A stretch of 64,000 bases of DNA from a bacterium (GCA_040756235.1 JBFLZG010000002.1:32001-96000), one strand, 5' to 3'; shown: positions 22,436-31,828, counted from the stretch's first letter. Made by a program: numbers and translations. Notes: generated by a model not told the origin, from the letters alone.

Positions 22436-23470
22436 ATGCAGAACAGGATCGTGTTTTCGATGGTGGTCGTGCTTGCGGTGCTGGGGCTCTGCATGCCGGC
22501 CACGGCCAAGGACTTCCTGTATGTGCCGGGCGCAAACCATGTGAGCGTCGTCGACTGCACCACCGACACGGTGGTGAAGACCATCGATATCAAAGACTAC
22601 GTGATCGGATGCGCGCCGTCTTTCGACAACAAGCGGTTCTACGTCAACGGCTGGCGCAACATCTACGTCATCGACACGACGACCGACCAGGTCATCGACA
22701 AGCTGACCTTCTGGACGGACTTGAACCGGGTCAACATCTTCGGCAACCCGTCTCCCTCTTTGGACGGGAACAGCCTGTACATGATCTGGATGACGGCGCA
22801 GAAGAAACTCAATGTGCCCCGATTGACAGTTCCGCCCTGGAAGTTCGTCATCTTCGACCTTAAGAAGAAGCAGGTCACCAAGAGCTACGACGTTCCCTTC
22901 AACACCACCGCCATCGTTCCGCTGACCGGAGATCCGGACAACGTCATCCTCATGTCCCAGGACATCCTGAAGATGAACCTCAAGGACGGCAAGATGACGA
23001 AGATCAAGGGGCAGCTCCATCCGGAGGAAGGCCAGCCGATGCTGAACAACCTGATCCTCTGGGTGAACTGGAGCCCCACCGGCGACAGTGGCATCTTCCC
23101 CAGCCCGGCCTACGGCTCGGACGGGTCCCTGACCTACCTCCTCCTCAACCGCAAGGACGGCAGCCTGAAAGAGGTCAAGGGTGAAGAAGTTCCCTTCTAC
23201 TACTCCAACATCCTCTCTCCGGACGGCAAGTTCCTCTACGGCGTGATGGACGAGGTGTACAAGATCGACCTCGCGACCGGGAAGACGATGGCGATGGACA
23301 TCCTCGAGAGAGGGACGACCTACGCCATGGCGATCAGCTCCGACGGGAAGAAGCTCTATCTCGGACCTGCCGGCCCGGACGTCGCGGTCTATGACACGGC
23401 CACCATGAAGCGGATCGGTCTCATCCCGCTCAAGCACGACGGCATCGTGATGAGCCGGCTCAACAAGTAG
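22436..23470 (+). CDS. qhpB: QHNDH beta subunit (beta-propeller), copy 1
   Basis: Signal peptide, YVTN-like blades (SxDGKKLY), directly after qhpC. Confidence 0.8.
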   Translation: MQNRIVFSMVVVLAVLGLCMPATAKDFLYVPGANHVSVVDCTTDTVVKTIDIKDYVIGCAPSFDNKRFYVNGWRNIYVIDTTTDQVIDKLTFWTDLNRVNIFGNPSPSLDGNSLYMIWMTAQKKLNVPRLTVPPWKFVIFDLKKKQVTKSYDVPFNTTAIVPLTGDPDNVILMSQDILKMNLKDGKMTKIKGQLHPEEGQPMLNNLILWVNWSPTGDSGIFPSPAYGSDGSLTYLLLNRKDGSLKEVKGEEVPFYYSNILSPDGKFLYGVMDEVYKIDLATGKTMAMDILERGTTYAMAISSDGKKLYLGPAGPDVAVYDTATMKRIGLIPLKHDGIVMSRLNK

Positions 23471-23498
23471 TCTTCTGTACAGAGTTGATACGGGACTC

Positions 23499-23532
23499 AA
23501 AAAGGGGGGGGGATTCCCCCCCCTTCTTGTTT
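23499..23532 (+). terminator. Rho-independent terminator-like hairpin
   Basis: A-run, G9-ATT-C8 stem, then TTCTTGTTT. Confidence 0.65.
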
Positions 23533-23550
23533 CTGTGCACCCGGAATGCC

Positions 23551-23580
23551 TTGACATTCCCGAGGGCCGCAGGTTAGCCT
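23551..23580 (+). promoter_or_regulatory. Putative sigma70 promoter for qhpD and the maturation genes
   Basis: TTGACA-N18-TAGCCT just after the terminator. Confidence 0.5.
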
Positions 23581-23650
23581 GTTTAGACCCAGGCTTCGGG
23601 ACTTTGTACCTCGCCGAACCAAGAATCCGCGACGAGCTCGATTCGACCCC

Positions 23651-25138
23651 ATGGCCAAATTCCGCCTTGCCGAGCACAGACTGATCCGCGTGGACGGAAA
23701 AGAGTACCTCTTCCTCGCGGCGGACAAGGCCATCTTCGAGGTCGAGCCTCCGACCCGGGCGGCGCTGGACGCCTGGTCGCGCAAAGGGGAGTTCCAGGCC
23801 GACGAGCTGATCGGGGCCTTGCCGGGCGGTTCCGCAGACGAAAGGAAGGAGTGCTTCCAGGGCCTGCTCACGTGCCGCGCCATCGTTCCGGCCGGTGAGC
23901 CTTTCCAGGGGAACAGGGGAACGCAGGCGCCACAAGGGTCGTTTCCCGTCAAGAACCTGATCCTGCACGTGACCGAGGCCTGCAACCTGAGCTGCGCATA
24001 TTGCTATGAACAGAAATCGGTCAAGCAGAACGGACGCCCCATGGAGCGCCGGGTGGCGCAGAGGGCGGTCGATTTCCTGTTCGAGCACTGCGGGAATCAT
24101 GAGGAAGTGGTCCTGGTCCTGTTCGGCGGCGAGCCGCTCCTCAACCTGGACGTAATTCGATTCCTGACGGAGTATGCCGCCGGGAAAGGGGGCGAGCAGG
24201 GGAAGAGAGTCAACTTCGCCCTCACGACCAACGGGACCTTGCTCAACGATAAGGTCATCGACTTCCTCCATGAACGAAACATCGGCATCACGGTGAGCCT
24301 GGACGGCGCCGAAGAGGCGCACGACCGCTACCGGAGGTTTCCGGACGGGAGCCCTTCTTATAGAGTGATTCTGCCCAAGGTGAAGCGCCTTATAGAGAAG
24401 GCCACGACGAGGCCGGTGGTGGCCAGGGTGACGCTCGTCAAGGAAGCGGGCGATCTTTCCCGCACGCTCGACCACCTGCTCGGAATCGGCTTCATCGAGG
24501 CGGGATTCGCGCCCGTGACCACCGGCCACCCGGATTACCAGCTGGACGGCCGCCAGATGGATCTGCTGCTGGAGCAGTTCCGCCACCTGTCCGGACGTTT
24601 GCTGCAGGCCGTTCGCGAACGCAGCTTCTTCGGTTTTTCCAATTTGATCGACCTGCTGGTCTCCCTGCACCAGGGAGAGGTCATGCGATACCCGTGCGGA
24701 GCAGGGCTCGGGCTCTTCTCGGTGGACGCTGACGGCCGTCTCTATCTCTGCCAGCGCTTCACCGGCCAGGAAGCGTTCTGCATGGGCGACATTTTCCAGG
24801 GGTTCGACCTGGAAAAGCTCCAGAAATTCCGCGACGAAGCCCAGATCTGCAACAAAGAGGAGTGCAGGGCCTGCTGGGCCCGGACTCTCTGCACGGGCGG
24901 TTGTTACCATGAAGCCTGCGTGCGCGAAGGGAGCCACCTGAAGCCGAACCGCCATTACTGCGAGTGGATCCGGCGCTGGAGCGAGCTGGGGCTGGAAACG
25001 TATTGCCGCGTCGCGGCGGAGTGGCCCGAGTACTTGGAGCTGCTCTGCAGCTCCAGGGGTTTCGGGCCGCAGCCGGATGCCGACAAGGGGGAAGGGTCCC
25101 GGACCGAGGGACTGGAGAATCGGAACGATCATGGTTGA
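23651..25138 (+). CDS. qhpD: Radical SAM/SPASM QhpC maturase (Cys-Asp/Glu thioether formation)
   Basis: CNLSCAYC, FGGEPLLN, SPASM cysteines (CGAG...C...CRAC..LCTGGCYHE...C). Confidence 0.92.
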   Translation: MAKFRLAEHRLIRVDGKEYLFLAADKAIFEVEPPTRAALDAWSRKGEFQADELIGALPGGSADERKECFQGLLTCRAIVPAGEPFQGNRGTQAPQGSFPVKNLILHVTEACNLSCAYCYEQKSVKQNGRPMERRVAQRAVDFLFEHCGNHEEVVLVLFGGEPLLNLDVIRFLTEYAAGKGGEQGKRVNFALTTNGTLLNDKVIDFLHERNIGITVSLDGAEEAHDRYRRFPDGSPSYRVILPKVKRLIEKATTRPVVARVTLVKEAGDLSRTLDHLLGIGFIEAGFAPVTTGHPDYQLDGRQMDLLLEQFRHLSGRLLQAVRERSFFGFSNLIDLLVSLHQGEVMRYPCGAGLGLFSVDADGRLYLCQRFTGQEAFCMGDIFQGFDLEKLQKFRDEAQICNKEECRACWARTLCTGGCYHEACVREGSHLKPNRHYCEWIRRWSELGLETYCRVAAEWPEYLELLCSSRGFGPQPDADKGEGSRTEGLENRNDHG

Positions 25139-25182
25139 GGATCATTCACTCAAGAAGAGGGTGTCGAAAAACACCCTCGCGA

Positions 25183-25429
25183 GAGGCTGGTGAGAAATGC
25201 CCAGATGCAAGGCGCGCGACGATTCCGCAGGACCGCGGAATTGGACGCATCATCCGGCAGGATGATGCGCCCGCAGGGCGAGCGCCATGGACGGCGCGAG
25301 TCAAATCCTGAGGAATGAGGCGTATATGGGGGAATCGCAGTGGACCCCGGCCTGCGCCGGGGCAGGCTCCCCACGCCGCCTGCATCTCCATGAGCGCAAC
25401 GCCGCAGATGGGCGTTTATCGACAGCCTC
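25183..25429 (+). repeat. Repeat family A, copy 3 (with internal insert)
   Basis: GAGGCTG..CCAGATGCAAGGCGCG ... GCAACGCCGCAGATGG..CAGCCTC; preceded by hairpin GAGGGTGTCGAAAAACACCCTC. Confidence 0.9.
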
Positions 25430-25447
25430 ATGAACAGGGGGGTGAGC

Positions 25448-26476
25448 ATGTCCAAGAAGTCACTGGTTTCGGTTGCGCTGACGATGGCGCTGCTCGCGGT
25501 CGCATTGCCGGCTTCGGCCAAGGATTTCCTTTATGTGCCAGGGCCGAATCTTCTGCAGGTCATCGACTGTGATACCGATACGGTGGTGGACACCGTATCC
25601 TACGACGGGTTCATCGTGAACGCCACGCCGTCGCAGGACGGGAAGCGGTATTATATGAACAACTGGCGAACCATCTACGTGGTCGACACGCAGACGAACC
25701 GGCTCATCGACAAGCATGAATTCTGGTCGGACCTGAACCGGGTCTACGTGATGCCCGGAATCGCGGTCTCGCTCGACGGCAACTATCTCTATCTGAGCCT
25801 GGTCGTTGCAAAGAAGAAGCTCAACGTCCCGAGGCTGAACGTGCTGCCGCCCCAGTTCGCGGTCTACGATTTGAAGAAGAAGCAGATCGTCCGGAGCTTC
25901 GACATTCCTCCGTGCTGCAATGCCGTGGTCCCGCTGCGCGACGATCCGGACCACGTGATCCTCATGGCCCAGGACATCTACAAGCTCAACGTGAAAGACG
26001 GCAAGATGACGAAGATCAAGGGCGTGCTCCACCCCGAGGATGGCCAGCCCGGCCTGAACTCCCTCGTGGTCTGGAACAACTGGAGCCCGGGCGATCACGG
26101 CATCTTCGTCAATGGCGTCTATTCGACGGACGGGAACCTCTTCTACATGCTGATCGACAAGAAGGGAAGCCTGAGCCTGCTGAAGGGCGAGGACACGTTG
26201 ATGGTCTACTCGTCGGTCATATCCCCTGACAAGAAGTACGTCTATTCGGCGATGGATGAAGTGTACAAGGTCGATCTCCAGTCCGGTAAGACGTTGGCTT
26301 CGGATCTGATCGAACGCGGCACCTGCTACGCCGTGGCGATCACCGCAGACGGAAAGAAGCTCTACGTCGGGCCCGCCGGCCCGGACATCACCGTTTATGA
26401 CACCTCCACGATGAAGCCGCAGGGGAAGATCGCGCTCAAGACGGACGGATGCGTGACGCACCGCATCTCGAAGTAG
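25448..26476 (+). CDS. qhpB: QHNDH beta subunit paralog, copy 2
   Basis: Collinear with 22436-23470 (AKDFLYVPG, KKKLNVPRL, KDGKMTKIKG, ERGT, GPAGPD). Confidence 0.8.
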   Translation: MSKKSLVSVALTMALLAVALPASAKDFLYVPGPNLLQVIDCDTDTVVDTVSYDGFIVNATPSQDGKRYYMNNWRTIYVVDTQTNRLIDKHEFWSDLNRVYVMPGIAVSLDGNYLYLSLVVAKKKLNVPRLNVLPPQFAVYDLKKKQIVRSFDIPPCCNAVVPLRDDPDHVILMAQDIYKLNVKDGKMTKIKGVLHPEDGQPGLNSLVVWNNWSPGDHGIFVNGVYSTDGNLFYMLIDKKGSLSLLKGEDTLMVYSSVISPDKKYVYSAMDEVYKVDLQSGKTLASDLIERGTCYAVAITADGKKLYVGPAGPDITVYDTSTMKPQGKIALKTDGCVTHRISK

Positions 26477-26504
26477 CCGGCGCGGCGATTATGACGTCCG
26501 AGGC

Positions 26505-26535
26505 GACAGGGGGGAGAGAATCCCCCCTTTTTGTC
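26505..26535 (+). terminator. Terminator-like hairpin after qhpB copy 2
   Basis: GGGGGGA-GAGAA-TCCCCCC followed by T5; resembles the hairpin after qhpB copy 1. Confidence 0.6.
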
Positions 26536-26556
26536 CGCGGAGAGCACAGAGACGCG

Positions 26557-27435
26557 ATGGAGCTTGCCGTTCACCTGAGAGATCCGTCGGAGCTGACAGC
26601 GCTCGACGGTGTGGCCCAACATTTGACGGGATTGTACGGTGCAGATGGGCCCGAGATCGCGCGCCGGCTGCCCAGACGCACCCGGCGGGTCTACGTGGGC
26701 GACGAGTTCTGCCTGAACCGCCTGCCGAGCCTCCGCGAGCTGAACCGGTTTCTCGAGGAGGCGAAAGCAGGCAAGTGGAAGCTGACGATTTTGACCCCGC
26801 CCTTGACGGACGAAGGGCTGGATACCTGCGCACCGCTCTTCGAACGCCTTGAACGCGGCGACCCCGCGACCGAGGTGGTGGTCAACGACTGGGGCTTGCT
26901 CGTATACCTCAAGACACGCTATCCTGATTTCCGGCTGGCAGCGGGAAGGCTGCTCAACAAGGGGTTCAAGGACCCCAGACTGCCGGAGCCGAACAAGTTC
27001 TCTCAGCTCTCCCGGGAAGCAGAGGACCTGCTGAAGGGGTGCACGTTCGACTCTGCCGACTTCCAGGAAAAGATGCTTCAGATGCAGGTCGAGCGCCTGG
27101 AGAGAGACCTCTTCCCCTACGGCGAACCGCGCGTGAAGGGGCTCGAGAGCTTTGGAGTTTCTGTCTATCTCCCGTTCGGATACGTGACTTCGGGCCGGGT
27201 TTGCTGGCTCTCCTCTTTTCATTCTTCGGGAAAGAGCAAGTTTTCCCTCGGCAAGCCGTGTGACCGCCTCTGCAGCCGCTTGTCGCTCGACCTGAGCCGC
27301 CCGGAGTGGAAGCTGCGCGTCTTTCAGTCAGGTAACGGGATCTTCTATCTTTACCCGGCTTCCCTGCTCGGCTCCTTTCTCGAGTGGGCGCAGCGCAGGA
27401 AGCTCCGCCTTGTCTACCAAGGACTGGCCGTCTAG
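26557..27435 (+). CDS. UbiV-like U32-family Fe-S protein
   Basis: YVGDEFCLNR N-terminal Cys, VVNDWG, GRLLN, TSGRVC-x18-CDRLC; four-Cys layout like UbiV. Confidence 0.7.
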   Translation: MELAVHLRDPSELTALDGVAQHLTGLYGADGPEIARRLPRRTRRVYVGDEFCLNRLPSLRELNRFLEEAKAGKWKLTILTPPLTDEGLDTCAPLFERLERGDPATEVVVNDWGLLVYLKTRYPDFRLAAGRLLNKGFKDPRLPEPNKFSQLSREAEDLLKGCTFDSADFQEKMLQMQVERLERDLFPYGEPRVKGLESFGVSVYLPFGYVTSGRVCWLSSFHSSGKSKFSLGKPCDRLCSRLSLDLSRPEWKLRVFQSGNGIFYLYPASLLGSFLEWAQRRKLRLVYQGLAV

Positions 27436-27609
27436 GAGGCTGTCCATAAATGCCCATCTGCGGCGCTCGTTGCGAGCGAAGCGAAGCAATCCCCCGGCAC
27501 AGTACCGCTGCGGCCACCGGTCACAGGGGGTTTCCTCGTCGCTTCAGCTCCTCGGAACAGGCCTCGGGATTTCGTGCGCCTTGCATCTGGGCATTTCTGA
27601 ACAGCCTCC
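27435..27609 (-). repeat. Repeat family A, copy 4 (reverse)
   Basis: GGAGGCTGT..CCCATCTGCGGCG ... CGCCTTGCATCTGGGC..ACAGCCTCC. Confidence 0.9.
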
Positions 27610-27641
27610 AGGAGCCGAATTCTTGGACAGGCTCCTAGATC

Positions 27642-28634
27642 GTGAAGATCATCGCCCCCATCAGCTCTCCGCAAGAACTGGAGATGCTCCTTCACCACGG
27701 GGCAGACGAGCTCTACTGCGGCGTCCGTACGCCCGAATGGGAGGAGCACTTCGGCGGCCAGTGGTGGATGAACCGGAGGAGCCCGCGCGGCGCCAATCTC
27801 GCGTCGTGGCAGGAAATTCGGGAGGTCGTGCAGTCGGCCCACAGCGCCAACGTGCCGGTGCACGTGACCCTGAACGCTCCCTTTTACACGGAAGCGGGCC
27901 TGCGCTACCTACTCAAGCTCGCGGAGAAATTGTCCTCGGAGCTCGGGGTCGACGGTCTCATCGTCAGCGATCTGAGCTTCCTGCTGCGTCTTTCCCGGCT
28001 CGGTCTGCCCGTGCGGGTCCACCTGAGCAGCCTGGGAAACTGCCTCAACACTTACTCCGCGGGTTTTTTTGAGTCTCTCGGCATCCGCCGAGTGATCCTG
28101 CCGAGGCAGCTCAGACTATCCGAGATCCGGCGGATCGTCGCCGGAAACCGCTCCCCCATGGAATTCGAGGTCTTCGCGGTGAACGACGGCTGCTTCTTCG
28201 ACGAGGCGTTCTGCCAGACCACGCACGTGCTGGGCGGACCCTTTTGTCTGACGGAATGGAAGGTCGAAGTCCGCGGATCAGCGGCGTGCAGCGTCTCGCA
28301 AGAGGGGATCGAGGCGGCCGTCCGGGACCTGCGGGAATACCTGTGGTACCAGAACAACTGCGGCTCTTCCTTGCAGGATACCGGTCTGCCGAACGGTCCG
28401 TGCAGCCTTTGCTGGTTCGGCTGGTTCCGGGACTGGGGGGTGACCTCGGTCAAGATCGTGGGCCGCGAGGCGTCGTTCGCCCGCAAGATGGGCAGCCTGC
28501 AGCTCGTCAAGGCGGTCATGGACGAGGTGAGGGCGGGCGCGAGCCCCCAGCGCATTGCCGAGACGGCCAGGTCTCTGCGCAGAACCCCGGAGTACTGCGA
28601 CAAGGGATACATGTGCTACTTCCGGGAAGAGTAA
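27642..28634 (+). CDS. UbiU/TrhP-like U32-family Fe-S protein
   Basis: IIAP, GADELYCG, VTLN, DGLIVSD, HLSS, RVILPR, EVFAVNDGC-x6-C-x10-C, CSLC, VKIVGR. Confidence 0.85.
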   Translation: MKIIAPISSPQELEMLLHHGADELYCGVRTPEWEEHFGGQWWMNRRSPRGANLASWQEIREVVQSAHSANVPVHVTLNAPFYTEAGLRYLLKLAEKLSSELGVDGLIVSDLSFLLRLSRLGLPVRVHLSSLGNCLNTYSAGFFESLGIRRVILPRQLRLSEIRRIVAGNRSPMEFEVFAVNDGCFFDEAFCQTTHVLGGPFCLTEWKVEVRGSAACSVSQEGIEAAVRDLREYLWYQNNCGSSLQDTGLPNGPCSLCWFGWFRDWGVTSVKIVGREASFARKMGSLQLVKAVMDEVRAGASPQRIAETARSLRRTPEYCDKGYMCYFREE

Positions 28635-28639
28635 GGCCC

Positions 28640-30418
28640 ATGCAGGAGTCCTTTGCCCGACAGCTGCTCTACCTGAGCGGTTACCTCCGGCCCCACAAAC
28701 GGGTGCTGGCGGTCTCCCTGCTGTTGAGCGTGATCAGCACCGGCATGGGGATGGTGCAGCCGCTCTTCGCCAAGTTCCTCATCGACAAGGTCCTGATCGC
28801 GCGCGAGTACCGGCTGCTGGTGCCGCTGATGGCCGCGGTGATCACCTTGACGATCGTGAGCTTTCTCATCCGCGTGAGCAACGGCTACATTTATACCCGT
28901 TATTCCGCCCGGGTCCTCTTTCGCATGCGGGAGGATCTGTTCGCACATCTGCAGAAGGTCCCGCTGAGCTTCTATTCCAAGAGGAAGATCGGGGACATCT
29001 TCACGCGGATCTCCTCGGACATGGCCGACATCCAGGGCCTGATCACGGAGACGGCTCCGAACTACCTGTTCAATTTCCTGACCTGCGTGATCACCGCAGG
29101 CATTCTCGTCTGGCTCAACTGGGCCATGGCCCTGATGAGCTTCGTGTTTCTGCCGGCGGCCATGTACCTGGTGACGCGCATCCGCCCGAAGCTCGTCGAC
29201 CTGGGCCGGAGCATGGCGGAGAGCAATTCGGACATCGCTCATTTCCTGCTCGAGTCTCTCTCCGGCATGAGTCTCATCCGGGCCTTTGGCGCGGAGAAGC
29301 TCGAGCGCGCCAAACTGAACGAAAAACAGTCCGGAATCATGGATCTGCTGCTGCGCTACCAGGTCCTGGGGGCCTTCTCCGGCTCCATACCGATCCTCTC
29401 CACCATCATCAACACGCTGGTCGTCTTCGGGTACGGCGGTTCGCTCGTCATCCAGGGATCCCTGAGCATCGGGAGCCTGGTCGCGTTCACGATCTATCAG
29501 GGCAGGGTGTTTGCGCCTCTGCAGGGCCTGATGGAGGGATATCTGGGCATGCAGAAGGCCAAGGTGGCGCTGCGGCGCGTGCGCGAGATCCTGGACGTCG
29601 CGCCGGCCTTTCAGGAGCATGGAGGGGTCGTGCCGGAAACCGGGATCCTGGAGGGGGCGATTGCGTTCGAGAAGGTCGGCTTCGCGTACGAGAAGGAGGA
29701 GCCGGTCCTGAGCGACCTCAGCTTCCGAATACCCGCCGGCAAGGTGACGGCGATCGTGGGCCCGAGCGGGGTCGGCAAGACGACGCTCTGCCATCTGATC
29801 ATGAGGCTGTTCGACCCGGACTCGGGCCGCATCACGCTTGACGGGATCGACCTGAAAAAGTATAAGGTGGAGTGGCTCCGGAAGCAGATTGCGCTGGTCT
29901 CTCAAGACACCTTTCTGTTCCACACGACGATCCTGGAAAACATCCGCTTCTCGAAGCCGGAAGCTCCTCTTCAAGACATCGTCGATGCATCCAAGGCAGC
30001 CTGCATCCATGAGTTCATCGAGTCCCTGCCCGAACAGTACCATACGGTGGTGGGTGATCGTGGGGTGCGGCTCTCCGGAGGTCAAAAGCAGCGCATCAGC
30101 ATCGCCCGCTCCGTCCTCATGGAGCCCAAGGTCCTCATTTTGGATGAAGCGACCGCTTTTCTCGACGCGTCCGCCGAACAGCGCCTCAAGACGACGCTCC
30201 ATGACCTGATGAGAGACAAGACGGTTGTCGTCGTGAGCCACCGGCCTTCGGCCATCGAGTGGGCCGACAAGATCATCGCGATCGAATCCGGCAGGTTGAT
30301 CTACGACGGGACCGCCCGGGGCTTTTTCGAGAAAGGGAGCGGTGTTCCTGCGAGTGAGGAATCGATGGCGGGACGTGAGGAGGTCCGGAAGGGGCCGTGG
30401 CCATTGACATCGCCGTAG
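28640..30418 (+). CDS. qhpF: ABC exporter (fused TM + ATPase), QhpF-like
   Basis: TM domain, GPSGVGKT, LSGGQKQR, ILDEAT; next to qhpE. Confidence 0.82.
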   Translation: MQESFARQLLYLSGYLRPHKRVLAVSLLLSVISTGMGMVQPLFAKFLIDKVLIAREYRLLVPLMAAVITLTIVSFLIRVSNGYIYTRYSARVLFRMREDLFAHLQKVPLSFYSKRKIGDIFTRISSDMADIQGLITETAPNYLFNFLTCVITAGILVWLNWAMALMSFVFLPAAMYLVTRIRPKLVDLGRSMAESNSDIAHFLLESLSGMSLIRAFGAEKLERAKLNEKQSGIMDLLLRYQVLGAFSGSIPILSTIINTLVVFGYGGSLVIQGSLSIGSLVAFTIYQGRVFAPLQGLMEGYLGMQKAKVALRRVREILDVAPAFQEHGGVVPETGILEGAIAFEKVGFAYEKEEPVLSDLSFRIPAGKVTAIVGPSGVGKTTLCHLIMRLFDPDSGRITLDGIDLKKYKVEWLRKQIALVSQDTFLFHTTILENIRFSKPEAPLQDIVDASKAACIHEFIESLPEQYHTVVGDRGVRLSGGQKQRISIARSVLMEPKVLILDEATAFLDASAEQRLKTTLHDLMRDKTVVVVSHRPSAIEWADKIIAIESGRLIYDGTARGFFEKGSGVPASEESMAGREEVRKGPWPLTSP

Positions 30419-31080
30419 TCGACAGTGGCGTCAACCCGTGGCACTCCCACGTGCAGGGCGTCCAGGGAGGGTTCTCGCTCCGCCTGCAGCCCTCGGGCGA
30501 GGTCCTGGAGGAAGAGGAGTTCAGGGACGAGCTGGGGCACGGCACGGCCATAGCAGGAATCATCCGGGAGAAGGCGCCCGCAGCCAGGCTGCACGTGATC
30601 AAGATTTTTCACCAGGAGCTGCGCGCTCCCGCCGAGGTCCTCATGGCTGCCCTGGAGCGGGCGATGGCCCTGCGCGCCAAGGTCATCCACCTGAGCCTCG
30701 GCACCGAGCGCAGGAAGGACAGAGCTCGCCTCGACAAGCTTTGCCGCGAGGCGGACGCGAGCGGAAGCGTCATCGTCGCATCGGCCCGCGGCTGCGACGA
30801 TCGGATCTATCCGGCGGCGCTGGAAACCGTAATCGGAGTCTACTGGGATCGCCAGTGCGCTGAAGACGCCCTGGTCTATCGTGCGGGGAAACCGGTCGAG
30901 TTTGGCGCTCACGGCCGGCCGCGGCCCATTCCCGGCGTGCCGCAGGAATTGAACCTGAGCGGCAGCAGTTTTGCTGCCGCCCGCGTCACGGCATGGGCCG
31001 CCCAGCACCTCGAGCGCAATCCTAACGGTGGCAGCGGATGGGTGAGGGAGGTTTTGCAGGAGCAATCGAAAGGAGGATAA
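30397..31080 (+). CDS. qhpE: Small subtilisin-like (S8) leader peptidase, QhpE-like
   Basis: DSG, HGT and GSSFAA catalytic triad; 227 aa, no signal peptide. Confidence 0.85.
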   Translation: MAIDIAVVDSGVNPWHSHVQGVQGGFSLRLQPSGEVLEEEEFRDELGHGTAIAGIIREKAPAARLHVIKIFHQELRAPAEVLMAALERAMALRAKVIHLSLGTERRKDRARLDKLCREADASGSVIVASARGCDDRIYPAALETVIGVYWDRQCAEDALVYRAGKPVEFGAHGRPRPIPGVPQELNLSGSSFAAARVTAWAAQHLERNPNGGSGWVREVLQEQSKGG

Positions 31081-31715
31081 TGCCCATGGCAAAGAGGGAT
31101 GAAAAGAAGCGGTCGGCAGGCGGGTTCTTGTCCAGCAAGAAGGGAATCGCCTTGCTCTCGGTGCCTGTCTTGATCGCCGCCGGGGTCGTCGGCCATGAAG
31201 CCGCGGTCCAGTATTTCCCAGAGGTGGCGTGTGTGGCCTGCCATGAGATGAACGAGCCTGTCAAACGCTGGAAGGATTCGGGCGTGGCCAAGAACCACCA
31301 GGACTGCGCGGATTGCCACTTCGACACCGGCATCGCCAGGGTCTGGGACATGAACCGGGACGCGGTCGTGCTGTTCGTGAAGCACTTCACCCGTGACAAG
31401 GAGGAGCCGATCCAGCCTCCCGAACCGCCCATCTTCGTCGACCCGGCGCAGGAGCCCGCCTATTACAGCCTGGTGCCCAACCACCGCTGCTTTCAGTGCA
31501 AGGACGCGAAAAACCACAACGTCATGGACCAGGCCGCGGTTCACACCAAGCTCGTGAGCTTTGCCGGGGCCCAGCCGTGCAAGGACTGTCACAACCACGA
31601 CATGCGTAACGGCATGAAGTTCTACGAAAAGATCCTTCAGGACCCGAATGCGCCTGCATCCGGACAGGAGACCCCTGCCGCGGGTGCGAGCCTGGAGAAC
31701 CTTGCCAGAAACTGA
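31080..31715 (+). CDS. Membrane-anchored NrfH/NapC-like cytochrome c (3 CxxCH + 1 CxxCK)
   Basis: N-terminal hydrophobic helix; CVACHEM, CADCH, CFQCK, CKDCHNH; RBS AGGAGG. Confidence 0.8.
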   Translation: MPMAKRDEKKRSAGGFLSSKKGIALLSVPVLIAAGVVGHEAAVQYFPEVACVACHEMNEPVKRWKDSGVAKNHQDCADCHFDTGIARVWDMNRDAVVLFVKHFTRDKEEPIQPPEPPIFVDPAQEPAYYSLVPNHRCFQCKDAKNHNVMDQAAVHTKLVSFAGAQPCKDCHNHDMRNGMKFYEKILQDPNAPASGQETPAAGASLENLARN

Positions 31716-31729
31716 AGGGGTGAAGGACA

Positions 31730-31828
31730 GTGAAAGCCCAGACGGCCGTCAAGAGCCTGTTGGTTGTCCTCCTGGGGGTGCTGGTCCTTGCTCTGGGCTT
31801 TTTCTGCTACATGGTCGTGGCACGCTGA
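31730..31828 (+). CDS. Small single-TM protein (32 aa), below the ORF-track cutoff
   Basis: GTG start after GAAGGA; MKAQTAVKSLLVVLLGVLVLALGFFCYMVVAR. Confidence 0.55.
   Translation: MKAQTAVKSLLVVLLGVLVLALGFFCYMVVAR

Noticed and set aside
26557..28634. U32 proteins as collagenase-like proteases removing the QhpC leader
   Set aside because: A QhpE-like S8 protease is already present, and the Cys patterns fit Fe-S hydroxylation-type U32 proteins
26557..28634. U32 pair as true ubiquinone biosynthesis genes ubiUV
   Set aside because: No ubiT or other ubi genes nearby, Cys spacing differs, and the pair is embedded in qhp maturation genes; cannot be fully excluded without phylogeny
28244..30418. 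Apparent N-terminal extensions or fusions in the ORF track (also 31915, 38668, 39561, 53257 and 58971 starts)
   Set aside because: The extensions overlap other real genes in different frames; internal starts with an RBS or stop/start overlap explain the true genes
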